NCBI GenBank assembly: GCA_963726255.1
Contig: CAVSBL010000002.1
Location: forward strand, 1,120,001-1,184,000
Source of the DNA: Candidatus Bathyarchaeota archaeon
GTDB lineage: Archaea; Thermoproteota; Bathyarchaeia; 40CM-2-53-6
DNA: 64,000 nt
Reading direction: 5' to 3'
The notes under the pieces were generated by a model. That model was not told where the DNA came from, made no database searches, and was given only the letters and a program-made list of their open reading frames with translations. Positions within the stretch are counted from its first letter, which is position 1. Each line of letters begins with the position of its first letter. Positions 47,275-57,600 of the stretch are shown one piece after another. The translations under genes and the position numbers were made by a program.

Positions 47275-47898
47275 TTAGTCGATTTTGATTTCTTTGCCCC
47301 GTGGTTTTGGTTTTAGCTTTCGGAGGGCGATTTCTAAGACGCCGTTGTTGTATGAGGCTTTGGAGCTGTCTGGGTCGACGGTTGAAGGGAGTTCAATTTC
47401 TTTGTAGTATTTTCGTGAAGGGGAGGCGACGCTGATGGTTATCGTGTTTTCAGTCATTGTTGTTTTGATGTCGGACTTCTCGACGCCGGGGAGCTCTGCA
47501 ACTACTCGCACCTGTTCTGATTCGTTGATGACATCGACTAAGGGTTCGCGAGAATCCTTTGGTTCAAGTGCGGGTTGCTCGAAGCCGAAGGCACCGGGCT
47601 TCTTGGAAGGTTTGACGTTTCCGAACTCCTGGATGACTGGTTTGCCGTCAGGGCCGACGGACATCGAGTAGCCGTAAACGAAGGGGCCGTATTGGCGTAT
47701 GGTTGAACCGTCAGGTAATTTCTTTTCCGTTACGTGTTCTTTGGGTATACCCTTAGCCATGTCCTCGAACATGCGTTCGAACATTTGGTCGATATCGCTG
47801 AACCACCTGTCCATCCAACCGAACGGCGAACCACGCCCTCGACGTGACCTAAACCATCCGGGGAAGAATTCGTCATCAGATGACATTTTCAATTTCAC
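47275..47898 (-). CDS. hsp20: Archaeal small heat shock protein Hsp20
   Basis: GPFVYGYSMSVGPDGKP, EPLVDV, AELPGV, ASYNNGVLEI. Confidence 0.95.
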   Translation of the reverse strand: MKLKMSSDDEFFPGWFRSRRGRGSPFGWMDRWFSDIDQMFERMFEDMAKGIPKEHVTEKKLPDGSTIRQYGPFVYGYSMSVGPDGKPVIQEFGNVKPSKKPGAFGFEQPALEPKDSREPLVDVINESEQVRVVAELPGVEKSDIKTTMTENTITISVASPSRKYYKEIELPSTVDPDSSKASYNNGVLEIALRKLKPKPRGKEIKID

Positions 47899-48034
47899 CT
47901 CGCATACGCAATGTTTGTTACCCTTGGTAACACTTCGATATAAATATTGTTACGCCAGGTAACGTCACGTCTACGTTTGGTGGTGGAAGGCGCGGTAAAT
48001 CGTTTGGTGAGCCATTTTTCTGTTAACTGGGAGT

Positions 48035-48286
48035 ATGAGTGTAAGAAACCGTTTGGTAGTGATGATTCACGATTCCTTGCGTAAACATGGCTTCGTGCTT
48101 TCGGTCATATACCTTAATGTGGTATTGGGGTTAGTTCTGTTGGACTCTGTGTTATACCGACTCGGTTACAACCTGTTCAACCTGTTCTCGATAAGCGGTA
48201 GACTCGTTGTGTTCAGCGCCACCTTACTGTGTGGAATAGGTACGATCTCCGCCCTAGCAGACGACTCTATTCTTAGTCGAGTTTAG
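48035..48286 (+). CDS. Small 2-TM hypothetical protein
   Basis: Two hydrophobic segments. Confidence 0.4.
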   Translation: MSVRNRLVVMIHDSLRKHGFVLSVIYLNVVLGLVLLDSVLYRLGYNLFNLFSISGRLVVFSATLLCGIGTISALADDSILSRV

Positions 48287-48843
48287 CAGTCAGGGCTAAC
48301 GGAAACTACTCGGACAATCGGTTCAGGTACCTCTTGAACATTTGCTGTTATGACGAAAATGATTTTGATTATCTTCGGTCCAGAGGCGAGTACCTTGAAA
48401 TGCGCTATGAGATTGAATGTGTGCGATGTGCCATATGCTGGGGTATAATCCGTCCGTACTTCGTTAACTGTAACCACGGTACCGTTTGCCAAGGTGTAAT
48501 TCACAAAAAGGATATTGGCAGACAGAAAGTGAAAGGCTATGCTCTGGTTATTTTGCAATACTGCTGTAACTTGGCTGATTTTGAAATGGTTCGTATCATA
48601 TCCACAAATACCGATTTGGGACGTGACCTGAAAATCCCTTTCCAAGAGTGAGAGGCCATTCGTGGAAGCTGCTGAACTGGTAGATGGAGAAATGCTTGAA
48701 CGCTGCGTGGAACTTGGATTTGACTGTAGGATGGCATTAGTCACAATAAGTAGAAAGGCTGCAATGAAAGCAATCACAAACAGATTTCTTCCAGTGTGCG
48801 ATCTTTTCTTCTTTGCTTTCGATATATGAGAAGAATGAGACAT
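48283..48843 (-). CDS. Membrane-anchored/secreted hypothetical protein
   Basis: Basic N-terminus, TM, Ser-rich linker, beta-rich domain with N-X-S/T sequons. Confidence 0.6.
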   Translation of the reverse strand: MSHSSHISKAKKKRSHTGRNLFVIAFIAAFLLIVTNAILQSNPSSTQRSSISPSTSSAASTNGLSLLERDFQVTSQIGICGYDTNHFKISQVTAVLQNNQSIAFHFLSANILFVNYTLANGTVVTVNEVRTDYTPAYGTSHTFNLIAHFKVLASGPKIIKIIFVITANVQEVPEPIVRVVSVSPDC

Positions 48844-48866
48844 AAGTTAGATCACTTTTCAGTTAG

Positions 48867-49150
48867 CTATTTCTGATTTTTCTTGCTAACGTTCTGAATC
48901 AAGGTTAGCCACTTGTTTTCGCCCTCAATCTTGATACCTGCCTGTTCGCTTGGTGTTTTGCCTTTCAATGCCTCATGATGTCTTACGTAATTAGGGTAAA
49001 TTTGCATGCCCTTCAAGATAGCTGTGTCAGGTTTTTCGAGAGTACGCATTACCTTTTCTCTTTGGCGTAGTTCTCCGTTCATGCGTTCCATCTTGTTGTT
49101 GTGTCGAACGCCATCTAATGTGATTTCTCTGATATGTACGGTTGAATTCG
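48867..49150 (-). mobile_element. C-terminal remnant of a DDE (IS6-like) transposase
   Basis: NNKMERMNGELR, IY.NYVR.H.AL.GKTP.E.AGI, W.TLIQN; catalytic N-terminal part absent. Confidence 0.8.
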
Positions 49151-49337
49151 TAGTAGTCACACTTACATTCGCCTGTCTGCCCAACTTAAGGAACCCATTA
49201 CAGTTTGCCAAGAGAACTGGGACCAGTAGCCCACCAGTCTACTTGATGAGAACGGTTATAGTCCAGACGAGGTAGAACCTACCCGTCGAAAAAGAGACGC
49301 GGCAAGATGACTAGCGCTAGAGGGAGGTTCTTCTAGT

Positions 49338-49799
49338 TTGGATGAGCTTCAAAGAATCAAGTGGATTGAAGGGCTAACAATCCTCATTATGGCGGTTGCC
49401 GTAGTGGTAAGTGTCATTCACGGCAACTTGTATGACTATGCGTTTAACTTGTTCTCGATTTCCAGTGTCAATTTCAACTTTCGCGCTCTCTACCTGAGCA
49501 TATTGCTATACGGCACTCTGGGCGCACTAATCTTCGCGGCGTTATACCTCTATGATGAACAAACTCCAAAAGTTCGCTGGTATATGTACGTTCAAGGTTG
49601 GTTTTTCTTGCTAGTTGCGGCAGCAGGCTACGAATGGCTTGACAGCGCACTAAATCAAGCGGCAAGTGTAGTGGTGAATAACATGTTAGTCGTAGAGAAC
49701 CCGTACACTTGGATTGAGAAGCGGTATTCTGTAATCTTCTTCGGCGCAATATTCCTATTTTGGTTGCTGGAAGCACGGAAAAAGAAGATTCAAAAATGA
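49338..49799 (+). CDS. Four-TM hypothetical membrane protein
   Basis: GGAGG upstream, four hydrophobic segments. Confidence 0.65.
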   Translation: MDELQRIKWIEGLTILIMAVAVVVSVIHGNLYDYAFNLFSISSVNFNFRALYLSILLYGTLGALIFAALYLYDEQTPKVRWYMYVQGWFFLLVAAAGYEWLDSALNQAASVVVNNMLVVENPYTWIEKRYSVIFFGAIFLFWLLEARKKKIQK

Positions 49800-50041
49800 C
49801 CGTGAAATCCGTTTTCATTCAAGCATTAAAGTTCGGAGTTAGTGGCATCCTTGGTGCTCTGATTAGCGGCTCAATCTACTATACCTATCACGGAGCCCTA
49901 CCTATCCTCATTAAAGTTGTGCGCGGACACCCAATCAACCTAGCTGAAACCAGCTTCTATGTAGCCACGAGCATTGCCGGAGGCACAGTACATTTTACTC
50001 TTAGCAAAGTATGGGTCTTCGTGAAAAAGAAACCAACGTGA
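49797..50041 (+). CDS. GtrA-like small membrane protein
   Basis: QALKFGVSG...VHFTLSKVWVF resembles half of GtrA; ATG overlaps the upstream TGA. Confidence 0.55.
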
Positions 50042-50332
50042 TAGTTTATGGTTGTTCGGGCAATCCGTAGCGTGGAAGCCAATACAGATAGTTGATTGCT
50101 ATCGCCAATGATGCCAGAATAGTCATTACAAGAGCAAAATTACCTGTCATCTTGTGCCCCCATATGAGCAGAATCGCGACCGCCACCAAAATTACCTAGT
50201 GTGTTTGCCTCAGAGTAACACTGATTCCGCACAAAATTACAGGGTGGATCCACCCATTGAGGGGGTGGTGGCAAACGGTGCCAAGAGTGCTGGTTGACTA
50301 TGCGAATCAGTGTAATTGGTAACGACTCTGGA

Positions 50333-50779
50333 TCATCGTCGTCTAATTTTGCTCAAGAGAACGTAGAGTCCTGATGCAATCAGTATGGCGACGACGGCGT
50401 AGACGATATATCTCTCGAGTACGCCAATGCTCACCCCGAGTGCAGTTATGTAGCATGGCTCCCCCGGCTCACATGAGCCGTAAACTGCGTAGTTGTAGAA
50501 CGAATATGCTGTGATGAATAATGAGACAAAGAAGGTTGCGGTAAATGCCCACGCGAAAATTCGAAAGTTACGATAGAAGCCCCTCGCTAGGGCGGGGGAC
50601 ATGTTGAGCAGTTTTGCTGTGACTTTCGCTTTAACTCGCTGTTCAAAAGCCATGTCGCAAGGGCTTAGCGTCAGCGTCTTCATGACGCACTTGAATGCTT
50701 CCTTTGCAAGCCGGCGGTATTTCGAAGAAAAGATGCTCATCGCTGAAAAGACGACGAGTGCGACGAGGCAAAGGGGCAA
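50333..50779 (-). CDS. Hypothetical membrane protein with conserved-looking Cys residues
   Basis: C.VAL.VF, EAFKC...TL.PCD, YGSC. Confidence 0.7.
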   Translation of the reverse strand: MPLCLVALVVFSAMSIFSSKYRRLAKEAFKCVMKTLTLSPCDMAFEQRVKAKVTAKLLNMSPALARGFYRNFRIFAWAFTATFFVSLFITAYSFYNYAVYGSCEPGEPCYITALGVSIGVLERYIVYAVVAILIASGLYVLLSKIRRR

Positions 50780-50998
50780 TTACGTGCCAACTCAAGAACT
50801 CCAAAGTCTCGATGTCTGATAACCTTCTTCAATAGAGAACATATACCATTCTGATGGGCCGGCTGCGCCGGAGCTTTCGCAACGATTAAAGGAATCAAAG
50901 TTCGCCAAACATTGAACGCCTAGACTATGATTCGCTTAGAAGCGAAATGCCGGGGATGATGAGAGATTTCTTCGAAAACATGGATTAAACGTGGCCTT

Positions 50999-51628
50999 TT
51001 GAGGATCCTTCTAGGCGTGTTTTTGGTATTGGCGATGCTGACTTCGTTTGGAGACTACTTGGACACATCACTTACGTTGCATATGATCATCCAACACGCA
51101 TTCTATCTTGCGGGTGCGTTCTTGATTACTTCTGGCGCCGACATGTTAGTGCTCGCTGGCGCGGGAGTTTCGAATACAGTTTCAAAGGCGTATTCGGCTT
51201 TGCTTCGAATCAATGCCACATACAACAAGAAAGGGTTAGTGACCTTCCTTATCGCGGGCATTCTTGTTGCCTACTGGCACCTGCCAACAAACTTTGACGC
51301 GGCAGTCTTAAACGAGAACATCCACATCGTGATGCATACGACATTCATGGTAGTCGGTAGTTTGATTTTTGCCGGTTCTAAGCTCTTCACTTGGCGTGTT
51401 CGCACCTTTCTGTTGCTCATACCGAGCAAGGCGATGGGCGTCTTCGGGGCTTTTCTGATGTTTACGCCAGGGTACGTTTATTCCGTATACCCTCAGTGGC
51501 AACAGGCGCAGTGCGGCCTTGCGATGGTGGTCATGATGTTGGGCATGGATTTGACGCTTGTCCCATATTGGTTGTACAAATACTTCCAAACAGCACCAGC
51601 AGCACCCGTACACACAAGTAACCGCTAG
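50999..51628 (+). CDS. CtaG/DUF1404-like membrane protein
   Basis: LHMIIQH, YWHLP..FD, IH..MH motifs. Confidence 0.75.
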   Translation: MRILLGVFLVLAMLTSFGDYLDTSLTLHMIIQHAFYLAGAFLITSGADMLVLAGAGVSNTVSKAYSALLRINATYNKKGLVTFLIAGILVAYWHLPTNFDAAVLNENIHIVMHTTFMVVGSLIFAGSKLFTWRVRTFLLLIPSKAMGVFGAFLMFTPGYVYSVYPQWQQAQCGLAMVVMMLGMDLTLVPYWLYKYFQTAPAAPVHTSNR

Positions 51629-51725
51629 CTCGAACAAAACTGAAATATCGAACAATGGCCTTACCCCCAGTACTGAAAACGGCATATAGGTCAAGTTCCC
51701 CGAAGCCTACACCCCGGTTTATGAC

Positions 51726-52247
51726 ATGCCCGCCGATGACCTGCGCGAGAAAGTATTCGCTCTAATCTACTCGAAGAACAAGACGGAAGAGGCGATTCTG
51801 CAACTCAATGGCATACTCAAGACTTCACCAGAAAACAGCCAGGCTTTGGCTCTGAAAGCCTACGCGCTTAACAAACTTGCAAACGCACGCCGGGAGTGGG
51901 CGTACTCGCACCAGGCGCTTCAGTACGCGGATCGTGCTTTGGCCTTGAACGCCGATGATGACATCGCTCTGACAAGCAAAGGGTGGGCACTAATTGATAC
52001 TGGTAGAGCTGTAGGGGCCATCCCCTTCTTAGAGCAGGCAGTACGAGTCAACCCGAGTAACGAATATTCTTGGTACAATCTTGCTTGGGCACAATACCTG
52101 ACAGGGGATGGAGTCGCATCAAGAGAGTCGATCGCAAGGGCACTGAAGATTAGCCCCGGCAATCCCATCGTTAAGCGGGGCAAGGAAATGATGGAGAGGG
52201 GGGAAGTGCCCGAGCATTTGAAGAAAACTCCGCGAACTCCTGAATGA
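51726..52247 (+). CDS. TPR repeat protein
   Basis: Repeated AL..NP / W...A patterns. Confidence 0.85.
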   Translation: MPADDLREKVFALIYSKNKTEEAILQLNGILKTSPENSQALALKAYALNKLANARREWAYSHQALQYADRALALNADDDIALTSKGWALIDTGRAVGAIPFLEQAVRVNPSNEYSWYNLAWAQYLTGDGVASRESIARALKISPGNPIVKRGKEMMERGEVPEHLKKTPRTPE

Positions 52248-52267
52248 GGAGCTCACGTCTCAGCTAG

Positions 52268-52939
52268 TCAACTAGTCGAGCTTTCGACAAAGTCAGCTAG
52301 TTCAGTTAGGTCTCCAAACTCATGGTCAGCTCGTTGATTTGAAGGAGCATGTTCGGATTTTCGGTTCACCCACGCGGTTTTGAACCCCAACCGGCGGGCT
52401 GGGGGGACGTCGTACCGGAACCCTGACGAGACATGTAGTATGTTCGTCGCTTTCGAGGAGAGTTTCTTGAGGGCAAGTTGAAATGGCGTTAACGTTGGCT
52501 TGTAAGCCCCCGCCTCCTGAGCCGTCACTGTAACGGCGAAGGAAACACCAATGCTCGCCTTTGTCTTTTCGATTATGTCCTTGTCAATGTTTGAGATTAT
52601 TGCCAATGGATACTTTCTCGCGAGCCTGTCAAGTGCTGGCCTAGTCTCTTCGAACACGGGCCAAGTTGGCACTGATTGAATAAGTCTCTCACCGTCTTGG
52701 TCGTTGTACGCAACCTGGAACCGATTGAAAGTCTCCTTCAGACTGAGCCGGAGGATTTCTTTGTAAGGCCTGTACGGAGCCTGAACCATTTCAAAATCAA
52801 TATCCTCACGAGCCCTGACTACTTCAGGTATGTTTGCCATGGTGCCCTTCTCTCGCAGTACCTGGTCGAGGAAGCTGGTAATTCCTGCTTCCCAATCCAC
52901 CAACGTCCCATAGCAGTCGAAGGTTATGGCCGAAAGCAC
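52268..52939 (-). CDS. HAD-superfamily hydrolase (haloacid dehalogenase type II-like)
   Basis: FDCYGTLVDWE, SN, YKP, LHVS...D. Confidence 0.9.
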   Translation of the reverse strand: MLSAITFDCYGTLVDWEAGITSFLDQVLREKGTMANIPEVVRAREDIDFEMVQAPYRPYKEILRLSLKETFNRFQVAYNDQDGERLIQSVPTWPVFEETRPALDRLARKYPLAIISNIDKDIIEKTKASIGVSFAVTVTAQEAGAYKPTLTPFQLALKKLSSKATNILHVSSGFRYDVPPARRLGFKTAWVNRKSEHAPSNQRADHEFGDLTELADFVESSTS

Positions 52940-52991
52940 GTAGCATACCCCATGTGAATGTTCTGAGCTAGTTTTCGCTCTGGGGGCGAGT

Positions 52992-54476
52992 TTAACCCTT
53001 AGTTACGCCGATCGGGACGAGTCTCGCCACTTTCGTCGCTATGCCGAGTTGGTGGCTGACTTCAGCTACGCTGTCGACATTCTTGTAGGCTTCCGGGGCT
53101 TCTTCGCTTACGGTTCCGAAGTTCTCGGCTCTTATCATGATGCCTTTCTTTGAGAGCAGGTCTTCAACTGCGCGTGCTGGGTTCCGCCGTTTTGCTGCTG
53201 CTCGACTCATGAACCTTCCCGCTCCGTGCGCCGTTGTCCCGAAGCTGAGCTCCATCGACTTCGGTGTGCCGATTAGAACCCAGGATGCAGTGCCCATGCT
53301 ACCAGGGATTAGAACCGGCTGGCCGATCTCCCGATACTCTGGAGGAATGGCTGGATGGCCGGGCGGAAAGGCCCTTGTTGCACCTTTTCGGTGTACGTAC
53401 ACCTTCTTCGTTCCGCCGTCGATCACATGCTCTTCAATCTTCGCGATGTTGTGCGCAACATCGTAGATCAGTGCCATGTCCATCTGGTCTGCTGATTTTC
53501 CGAACGTCTTCTCGAAAGACTCCCTCGTCCAGTGAGTTATCATTTGCCTGTTTGACCATGCGAAGTTTGCTGCGCATGACATGGCGCCTATGTAATCCTC
53601 AACCTCGTTACTCTTAGCTGGGGCGCAGGCCAACTGACGGTCCGGAAGCTTAATCCCATATTTTTGCACAGCTCGTTCCATAACTCGCAAGTAGTCGCTG
53701 CAAACCTGATAGCCAAACCCCCTGCTCCCAGTATGAACCAAAACAAGGATTTGGTCTTCGTTCTTTATTCCTAATTTCTCGGCAACGGGAACGTCGAAGA
53801 TCTTGTCGACTTTCTCGATTTCGAGGAAGTGGTTGCCGCTTCCTAGGCTGCCGAGTTGCGGTGCACCGCGTTGTTTTGCAACGCCAGACACCATATCCGG
53901 GTTCGCAGTTTCCATGCACCCGTCTTCCTCACAATGCTTCTTGTCGTCAGCCCAACCGTACCCGTGATCAATGGCCCATTCAACTCCTTCACTCGTAACC
54001 TTCTCCAAATCCCCGATGGAGAGTCTGCCAACCTTTCCCCGACTCCCCAACCCCGAAGGAATGTTCACAAACAACGTATCAAGCAATTTCCCGAGAACAG
54101 GACGAACATCAGCCTCGGTCAAGTTCGTGCGTATCAATCTGACCCCACAATTTATGTCGTAACCGATCCCGCCGGGGCTTACGACGCCTTCGTCGTAGTC
54201 GCTTGCTGCTACACCGCCGATTGGGAAGCCGTATCCTTCGTGGCCGTCGGGCATGGTGATTGACCAGTTGTAGAGGCCGGGGAGAGTAGCGACGTTCGCG
54301 CATTGCTGCAGCGTAGCGTCGGTCCGCATTTTCTCAATTAACGCATCGTCCGCGTATATTCTGCCTGGTACCCGCATTCCGGGCTGCGAGTCTTTCGGAA
54401 TCTCCCAAACGTACTTGTCAATTCGTTTCAGTGCCACTTGCTGGGACGCACGACCGTATGCCGGAGCTTGAGACAT
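52992..54476 (-). CDS. rtcB: tRNA-splicing RNA ligase RtcB; start ATG 54476
   Basis: MPDGHEGYGFPIGG, GYDINCG, GSGNHF, HTGSRG, HRKGAT, HGAGR. Confidence 0.97.
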   Translation of the reverse strand: MSQAPAYGRASQQVALKRIDKYVWEIPKDSQPGMRVPGRIYADDALIEKMRTDATLQQCANVATLPGLYNWSITMPDGHEGYGFPIGGVAASDYDEGVVSPGGIGYDINCGVRLIRTNLTEADVRPVLGKLLDTLFVNIPSGLGSRGKVGRLSIGDLEKVTSEGVEWAIDHGYGWADDKKHCEEDGCMETANPDMVSGVAKQRGAPQLGSLGSGNHFLEIEKVDKIFDVPVAEKLGIKNEDQILVLVHTGSRGFGYQVCSDYLRVMERAVQKYGIKLPDRQLACAPAKSNEVEDYIGAMSCAANFAWSNRQMITHWTRESFEKTFGKSADQMDMALIYDVAHNIAKIEEHVIDGGTKKVYVHRKGATRAFPPGHPAIPPEYREIGQPVLIPGSMGTASWVLIGTPKSMELSFGTTAHGAGRFMSRAAAKRRNPARAVEDLLSKKGIMIRAENFGTVSEEAPEAYKNVDSVAEVSHQLGIATKVARLVPIGVTKG

Positions 54477-54847
54477 GAAGATCTCCTGTAGAACGCGTGA
54501 GAACAAGTCCGCGCTGTATTTAAGCTTCGACAACCGTTGCCTACTGAATTCTTGCAATCACGATTTTGAAATGCGATGTCACGAAAATCCCGCCGGCTTG
54601 CCGCTGATATATTTGGGGTGAGTGGCACACGGTTTCTGCCTTTGAACTCTGTCACTTTCAGCTCTCTCTTACACCTTAATCCCTGTCCTCGTGAATTCTC
54701 CTTGTGATGCGTCAATGGGACGTACGGTTCTTTCTGGACGCTTTACGAACTAGTCAGGGAAATTGAAAGAATAAAGTCACCACAGAGAGCAAAAGAACTG
54801 AAAGGAATCGAAAAGTTTCTACAGCCACTTGCCTTGGTGAATGGAGT

Positions 54848-55330
54848 ATGCCAAGCGACCTTCGAAATTACGCGGTAGCCCGGCAGCAGTTAATCGCATT
54901 CCTGCAAAGCCAAGGATTCAGGCCGCATCCCAATGAGGTGTTCTGCCCCACCGAGCATTGTTGGGTTGACGTAGGGGCCCTGAAAGGACAAGATTATTGG
55001 GCATTCGAGTACAAATCCCGAAACGACTCCATAAAGCGTGGGCTAGAGCAATGCTGCTGCTACGCTGAAGCTTTCAACTATGTTGTATTGGTTGCTGATC
55101 GGCATCGAACAACCTCAAGCCCTTACTTCGGACGCTTCAAAAGCTACGGGTTTGGTGTCTGGTCTCACACACCAACCGGGTTCTATCCAGTGTTGAACCC
55201 GAAAAGGCGGTGTGCAGTCAGAAAAGCCAAAGCTGTTGTGGAGCGACAGTTCAGGCGACTGTTGCCGGATAGGAGTTCGTTTGCAGATTCGCGCCTAACA
55301 GACTGGTTTGTTTCTCAGCAGCCCTCATGA
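54848..55330 (+). CDS. PD-(D/E)XK nuclease-like protein with C-terminal PIP-like motif
   Basis: E...VDV...FEYK...Q...Y; terminal SRLTDWF. Confidence 0.65.
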   Translation: MPSDLRNYAVARQQLIAFLQSQGFRPHPNEVFCPTEHCWVDVGALKGQDYWAFEYKSRNDSIKRGLEQCCCYAEAFNYVVLVADRHRTTSSPYFGRFKSYGFGVWSHTPTGFYPVLNPKRRCAVRKAKAVVERQFRRLLPDRSSFADSRLTDWFVSQQPS

Positions 55331-55346
55331 ATAGCGTGTTCTGGGT

Positions 55347-56168
55347 CTAACGAGATGGATTTCGAGGTAGATGACCTGAAGGCTGCAGCGGCTTCTCGAG
55401 GGCACCATTCTTCCATGCGCTTATCTGGTTCGATGCTTCGATGAGGGTAGTTACGGTTGCCTCTGGAGCAGCATGATTTACGGGTTCGCTAGGTCTGCGG
55501 AGCACATGGATCGAGTGCATTCCAACCTTTCTAGCCCCGCTTATGTCCGCCTCCACCGAATCTCCAACAAAAACGGTCTCAGAAGCTTTGACTCCCAAAT
55601 CGGTGAGTGCGCGAGTGAAGATCTCTGGCCTAGGTTTTCTTATCCGCATTGAAGCCGACGTTACGACGCTGTTAAAGTATTCTTCAATACCGTTTTTTTC
55701 TAAAATCGCGTGAACTGCCCAGTCGCTTTTGGCGTTCGAGATGAGCCCCATTTTGAACTTTTCATTTCTGAGAGCCGTCAGAGTCTCACGGGTGTCGGGA
55801 TATAGCTGCCAGGCTTCAACCTCGGGCGTAAAGAACTCAATCTCTGCGTTTCGAATTAGGTCGACGCCTAGGACTTCTAGCTTTGATTTTCGAAGCGTTT
55901 TTGCGATTATGTCTACCATCGGGATTTCCACCTTATAGACATCGGCTCTGGACGCAGCGTCTTCGAAGATCCGGATGAATGTCTCCGCAAACTGCTGAAA
56001 GTCTAGTTGAAGACCCAACTTCGTGAGGTAGTTGTGGAGTGATTCAATGTTGGCGTGGAATACGTCGTCCCAAGGCCTGCTCATGTGGACAAGGGTATCG
56101 CCTAGGTCGAGCAAGACAGCTTGAAGCAACGAAACCACGTATGCGATTCCTGGAGCTGGGACCGGCAC
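55347..56168 (-). CDS. HAD-superfamily hydrolase; start uncertain
   Basis: DLGDTL, ISN, RKP, VGDS..DI.GA. Confidence 0.9.
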   Translation of the reverse strand: MPVPAPGIAYVVSLLQAVLLDLGDTLVHMSRPWDDVFHANIESLHNYLTKLGLQLDFQQFAETFIRIFEDAASRADVYKVEIPMVDIIAKTLRKSKLEVLGVDLIRNAEIEFFTPEVEAWQLYPDTRETLTALRNEKFKMGLISNAKSDWAVHAILEKNGIEEYFNSVVTSASMRIRKPRPEIFTRALTDLGVKASETVFVGDSVEADISGARKVGMHSIHVLRRPSEPVNHAAPEATVTTLIEASNQISAWKNGALEKPLQPSGHLPRNPSR

Positions 56169-56247
56169 ATAACTCTTTGTTGGTGGGAGCTGAGACTTGC
56201 GCCCCTGTCTACGTCTTATAAAAGACCGTGCCGTTCATTGAACCATC

Positions 56248-57597
56248 GTGTCCTGCATGCCTTCCGATTCTACTGCAATCACGTTCTATGGCGGCGTTGG
56301 TGAAATCGGAGGGAACAAGATACTCATTGAAGACAAAGGCACCCGGGTGATGCTAGACTTTGGGATGAGTTATTCAGACAGGCGTAAGTTCTTCTTTGAC
56401 CCGATGCTTTCGCCCGGCGACGAACGAGACCTTCTTGAATTTGGGATTCTTCCGAACATTAAGGGAATCTACGAGTTTGAGGAGTCTAAGCCATCTCTCG
56501 ATGCAGTCTTCCTCTCCCACGCTCATGGGGACCACTGGGGCTACATCTCGTTCCTCAAGCGAGAGATACCTCTCCACTGCGGCGATACTTGCGCACAGAT
56601 TCTGGAAGCGATATCAGCCACCAAGGTTAGGCACTTCGAATCAGACATTCGAGGGCTCAGCTTTCAAACATTCAGAACCGGGAAAACAATCAAGGTTGGA
56701 ACCATCGAGGTAACCCCGTGCCACGTCGACCATTCCATACCCGGCGCCTGCGGTTTCGTCATAAGAACTTCACGAGGCGTGATAGCATACACGGCTGACT
56801 TTAGGGCACACGGAACCAAACCGCAGTTAACAGAAGATTTCGTCGAACTCGCCACCAAATCCGATCCCGAGGCCCTGTTGGCTGAGGGAACAAATATTCT
56901 AGGCGGGCAAGTAACGAGTGAACCCGAAGTCCAGTCTAAGGTTGACAAACTAATCTCGTCCACAAGAAACCTCGTCCTAGCCAACTTCTCCAACGTAGAT
57001 GTTGACCGTATACGGACATTCTACGAAGTCGCCAAGGAGAACGATAGAATCCTCGCAATTTCCCTCAAACAGGCCCACCTGCTTAATCAGTTATCATTGG
57101 ACCCAAAGCTACGACTTCCTAGGGTTCTCGACGCTAACGAGAATATCGCTGTCTTCAGACGCGCCAAGAAGCGATACTACGATTGGGAAGAGTCTGTAAT
57201 GGAGAAGGCGAAGACGATTACAAGCGAAGAATTAAGGCAGGAGCAGGACAGGTTCGTGGTAGCTTTTTCAATGCCTGATTTCAAGGAACTCGTCGACATA
57301 AAGCCGAAGGCTGGCAGCGTATTCGTGCTCTCAACCTCAGAGCCGTTCAATGAGGAGCAGGAATTCGAGTTCGAACGGTTGCAGAACTGGTTAGACCATT
57401 TTGGCTTACCGATGTACCACATCCATTGTTCAGGCCACATAATGCCAAGCGAATTAAAGGCGAACATTCAGCGGATCAAACCACGAATGTTGTTCCCTAT
57501 CCACACAGACCACCCGGGGCTCTACGCCAAATACGTGGCTGACGCAGCAAGAATCGAATCCCCCCTGAGGGGTAGGATGTATGAGGTCGGCGTGTGA
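56248..57597 (+). CDS. MBL/beta-CASP ribonuclease (RNase J-like)
   Basis: GGVGEIGGN, SHAHGDH, VDHSIPG, HCSGH, PIH. Confidence 0.88.
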   Translation: MSCMPSDSTAITFYGGVGEIGGNKILIEDKGTRVMLDFGMSYSDRRKFFFDPMLSPGDERDLLEFGILPNIKGIYEFEESKPSLDAVFLSHAHGDHWGYISFLKREIPLHCGDTCAQILEAISATKVRHFESDIRGLSFQTFRTGKTIKVGTIEVTPCHVDHSIPGACGFVIRTSRGVIAYTADFRAHGTKPQLTEDFVELATKSDPEALLAEGTNILGGQVTSEPEVQSKVDKLISSTRNLVLANFSNVDVDRIRTFYEVAKENDRILAISLKQAHLLNQLSLDPKLRLPRVLDANENIAVFRRAKKRYYDWEESVMEKAKTITSEELRQEQDRFVVAFSMPDFKELVDIKPKAGSVFVLSTSEPFNEEQEFEFERLQNWLDHFGLPMYHIHCSGHIMPSELKANIQRIKPRMLFPIHTDHPGLYAKYVADAARIESPLRGRMYEVGV

Positions 57598-57600
57598 GGG

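Noticed and set aside
50957-51041. ATGATGA as a C box of a C/D sRNA
   Set aside because: The nearest CTGA is about 80 nt away inside the CDS, and there are no clear D'/C' boxes or terminal stem.
52992-54476. rtcB as part of a dedicated system with the triple-intron tRNA
   Set aside because: It is 45 kb away and is a universal archaeal gene; functionally relevant but not a linked locus.
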